From NCBI RefSeq assembly GCF_009914755.1, contig NC_060932.1: DNA of 64,000 nucleotides. One strand, written 5' to 3'. Within the stretch, counting starts at the first letter, position 1. The number at the start of each line of letters is the position of its first letter. The notes beneath the pieces were generated by a model, which was given only the letters and a program-made list of their open reading frames with translations, was not told the DNA's origin and ran no database searches. Made by a program: the position numbers and the translations under genes. This DNA is from the human T2T-CHM13v2.0 reference genome, Homo sapiens. Shown here piece after piece: positions 61,304 to 64,000 of the stretch.

Positions 61304-62708
61304 CTGATAAAGAGTTAAGAAAAGATGTGTGCATACACTTAACAGATGAAATTTGGGATGGGATGCCACTTGGCTCTTTCTAGGTAAATCTGATGACAAC
61401 AAAAAGTATAATGAGGTCTGGCAACTAAATATTTATGAAATATTTATAATGAATGAGTGAATTTCAAGCTCAATGATCGTAAATAATCTATTTGTAATGT
61501 GATTCACTCATATTTTTTATTTAGTGGATTAAGATATGAAAGTATATAAACACATTACCAAACACTTCGGGGTAGGAGAAGTACACTTAGTGTGTGTGTA
61601 TCATGCATAATTTTTTCAAAGCTATAATGAACTTATACACATTAACTTAAATCATGTTTTATTTTTTCATTGAACATTGCATCCAAAAAAATTTTTTGAA
61701 GTGGTGTTAGTCTTTGTGATCAATAGTTATTAGTAATACTACTAATAATATAGTACATGGCTATAAGATATTTAGCTTAGCGTCACTTATTCTTCTAAGA
61801 GTTCAAGTCTGAAACACTTTCCTCTTGTGCTCTCAAAGATGCTTACCCAATCACTTTGAAAACTGCTAATTCTTTTTCACAGAAATTTGAGGTGTAAATA
61901 TAATGAAGCCTTGTCATATTGCTAATACTTTTTGAAACTAAACATAGAAAATATTTCCTGACACAATTTAATTTCAGTGCTAGTGAACAGATGTTTTAGG
62001 GTATAACAGCCATTCCAGTTATGATGTAATTAAGCAACAACTGTCTGGTCTGGTTCTACTTGGGTCCCCTTTGTAAGTCAGTTGCTTGGCATTTCCTTGT
62101 AAACCAGAAGAAACTGAGCAAAGCATTCATTTTTGCAGCTATATCACTTAATTTGCTGGCATCAATATTCTGTTAAGAAAATGTGTTTCTAAACAGCCTA
62201 ATAAGCTCTTTGCTACTGCTTTGATGAAATACCAAATGAAATACCTCTGTAAAATATTCCTAGGTTTTTTTCTTTTTTTTTTAACAACAATATCATTTAC
62301 CTATGCCACATATTTTATTATGCTTACATATTTTAACTTGGTTTTGTTTCTTGTGCTTGAGTTCCTTTAAGTATAATGAAGTTCAGAAATTTTTACTGTC
62401 TCCCGTTGTCACTCAAGGGGAGCTTTTTATGTCTACCATTCATCAGACTGAAGAAAAAGTAGCATATTTGAACTTGTATGTTTGTGTGTGCGTGTGTACA
62501 TGCACACATACACATACACAACCATGGTTTTGTATCTACACAGGAAAATGGCAGCATGATGAGCTAAAATATGAGAAACTGTATTTCAAAGATTCTGAAA
62601 AAGACTCTGCACAAAGCCACTTATTCTGTGACCTTGAACAAGGTTCTTCAAGTCTATAAACTTCAAAGTCTTTGTCAGTTGGAAATATACTGACTTCCCT
62701 TCCAGCAT

Positions 62709-62943
62709 TTTTTTTTTTTTTTTTTTGAGACGGATTCAAACGATTCTCCTTCCTCAGCCTCCTGAGTAGCTGGGATTACAGGCATGCACCACCAAGCTCA
62801 GCTAATTTTGTTTTTGTATTTTTAGTAGAGATGGGGTTTCTCCATGTTGGTCAGGCTAGTCTCGAACTCCCGACCTCAGGTGATCCACCCGCCTCGGCCT
62901 CCCAAAGTGCTGGGATTATAGGCTTGAGCCACCGCGCCCGGCC
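62709..62943 (-). mobile_element. AluSp with a right-arm deletion of about 70 bp
   Basis: tttctccatgttggtcaggct...cccgacctcagg Sp diagnostics; TSD CCCTTCCAG(C/T)ATTT. Confidence 0.9.
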
Positions 62944-63107
62944 CCCTTCCAGTATTTAAGAAGTTACGTGTTGATGATAAAATAAAATGTATAAAACTAC
63001 TTAGTGAAATATAAAGTTAGACAACATAATTAAAAATATAATGAAAAGATAGCCTGAAAATGGCTAATTAAAGAAACTATATAAACACCCCAATCATATA
63101 TCCGCAC

Positions 63108-63272
63108 CTGAGAAACAATGCACCTTTTTTCAGAAGAAGCTGAACTACTTTATCATGTCCATTCTTTGCTGCCAGATGGAGAGGAGTCATTCCATGAAGG
63201 TCCCCTTCATTCAGAAGCCTCGTATCACTTATGTCTTGTAGGAGCCTCTGACAGGTATTGATACGCCCATAA
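63108..63272 (-). pseudogene. TRPA2P: TRPA1-like exon 12, intact
   Basis: ttttttccaag|YGRINTCQRLLQDISDTRLLNEGDLHGMTPLHLAAKNGHDKVVQLLLKKGALFLS|gtgcgg; 165 bp; 85-bp intron separates it from exon 11. Confidence 0.97.
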
Positions 63273-63357
63273 CTTGGAAAAAATTAGGTTTCATATTTTC
63301 AAGGCAAATATTAAACAGAAAGAAGACAGGTTCATACAATGCTAGACTGACCCTTAC

Positions 63358-63527
63358 CTGGCTGCAAAATGCAGAGGTGATTTCTTATCTTTGCTTTTGG
63401 AATGAATGGACACATTAAAGCCAAGTAGGTTATTTACAGAACCAGGGCCCCCCTGTCTACATGCATAATGTAGAGGAGTACACCCATCGTTGTCTTCATC
63501 CATTACCAGCTCTTTGATCTGTTGCAT
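63358..63527 (-). pseudogene. TRPA2P: TRPA1-like exon 11 (ankyrin repeats), intact
   Basis: ttttttcctgtag|MQQIKELVMDEDNDGCTPLHYACRQGGPGSVNNLLGFNVSIHSKSKDKKSPLHFAAS|gtaagg; 170 bp. Confidence 0.97.
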
Positions 63528-64000
63528 CTACAGGAAAAAATTAATATCATACAAATAACTCTGCTGTTATGCTAAAATGATGGTTTCCAAACTATTCTGT
63601 AGGAAAATATTTTCCAACAAGGGTCAATATGTATTCCTTGGGGCCAAAATTGTAAATAACCTAAAGGATTTGAGAGTAAAATAAATATGAATGAAGTTGA
63701 ATGCTCTGTCTTCATGTAATGTACATTACCATATTAAAGGCTCTGAGAGATCCTGCAAGTGGGAAAATATTAAATAATAAATTTAATATTATTTAATATA
63801 AATAATAATAAAAACTTAACATTTTTAACTCAGTATTTTTCAAATATATTTGATCACAGCCCTTCCTTCTGCTCCTCCTCTCACTTCCTCCTGCTCCTAA
63901 GTAACACCTAACAGCTTCATGTTAATAAGTTCTGTTAGGTAAAATGGAAGGGATGTTAAAATTAGGTTTACTTTATCTTTTATATGTATAGTAAATTAAA

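Overview
Primate (human-like) genomic DNA, AT-rich and repeat-dense, with no intact protein-coding gene. The main feature is on the minus strand from 63527 down to 35799: 15 intron-separated exons equivalent to TRPA1 exons 11-25, forming an unprocessed duplicated pseudogene (probably TRPA2P/LOC392232, the TRPA1 neighbour on chr8). It carries four premature stops (W515*, Q851*, R919*, K988* in TRPA1 numbering), two frameshifts and two dead splice donors, and I found no exon 26 or 27. Divergence is uneven: exons 11-12 encode a peptide identical to human TRPA1 as I recall it, while most of exons 13-25 are about 60-90% identical and keep several rodent-like residues, which suggests recent gene conversion on an old duplicate. 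The R919* stop sits at the codon of a reported human TRPA1 disease allele. The rest of the window is transposon debris: L1s (one near full length), Alus, a full THE1D provirus, an ERVL integrase/dUTPase relic with nested insertions, MLT/MER/Tigger/L2/MIR fragments and microsatellites. TRPA1 comparisons and repeat subfamily names are from memory, not from a search.
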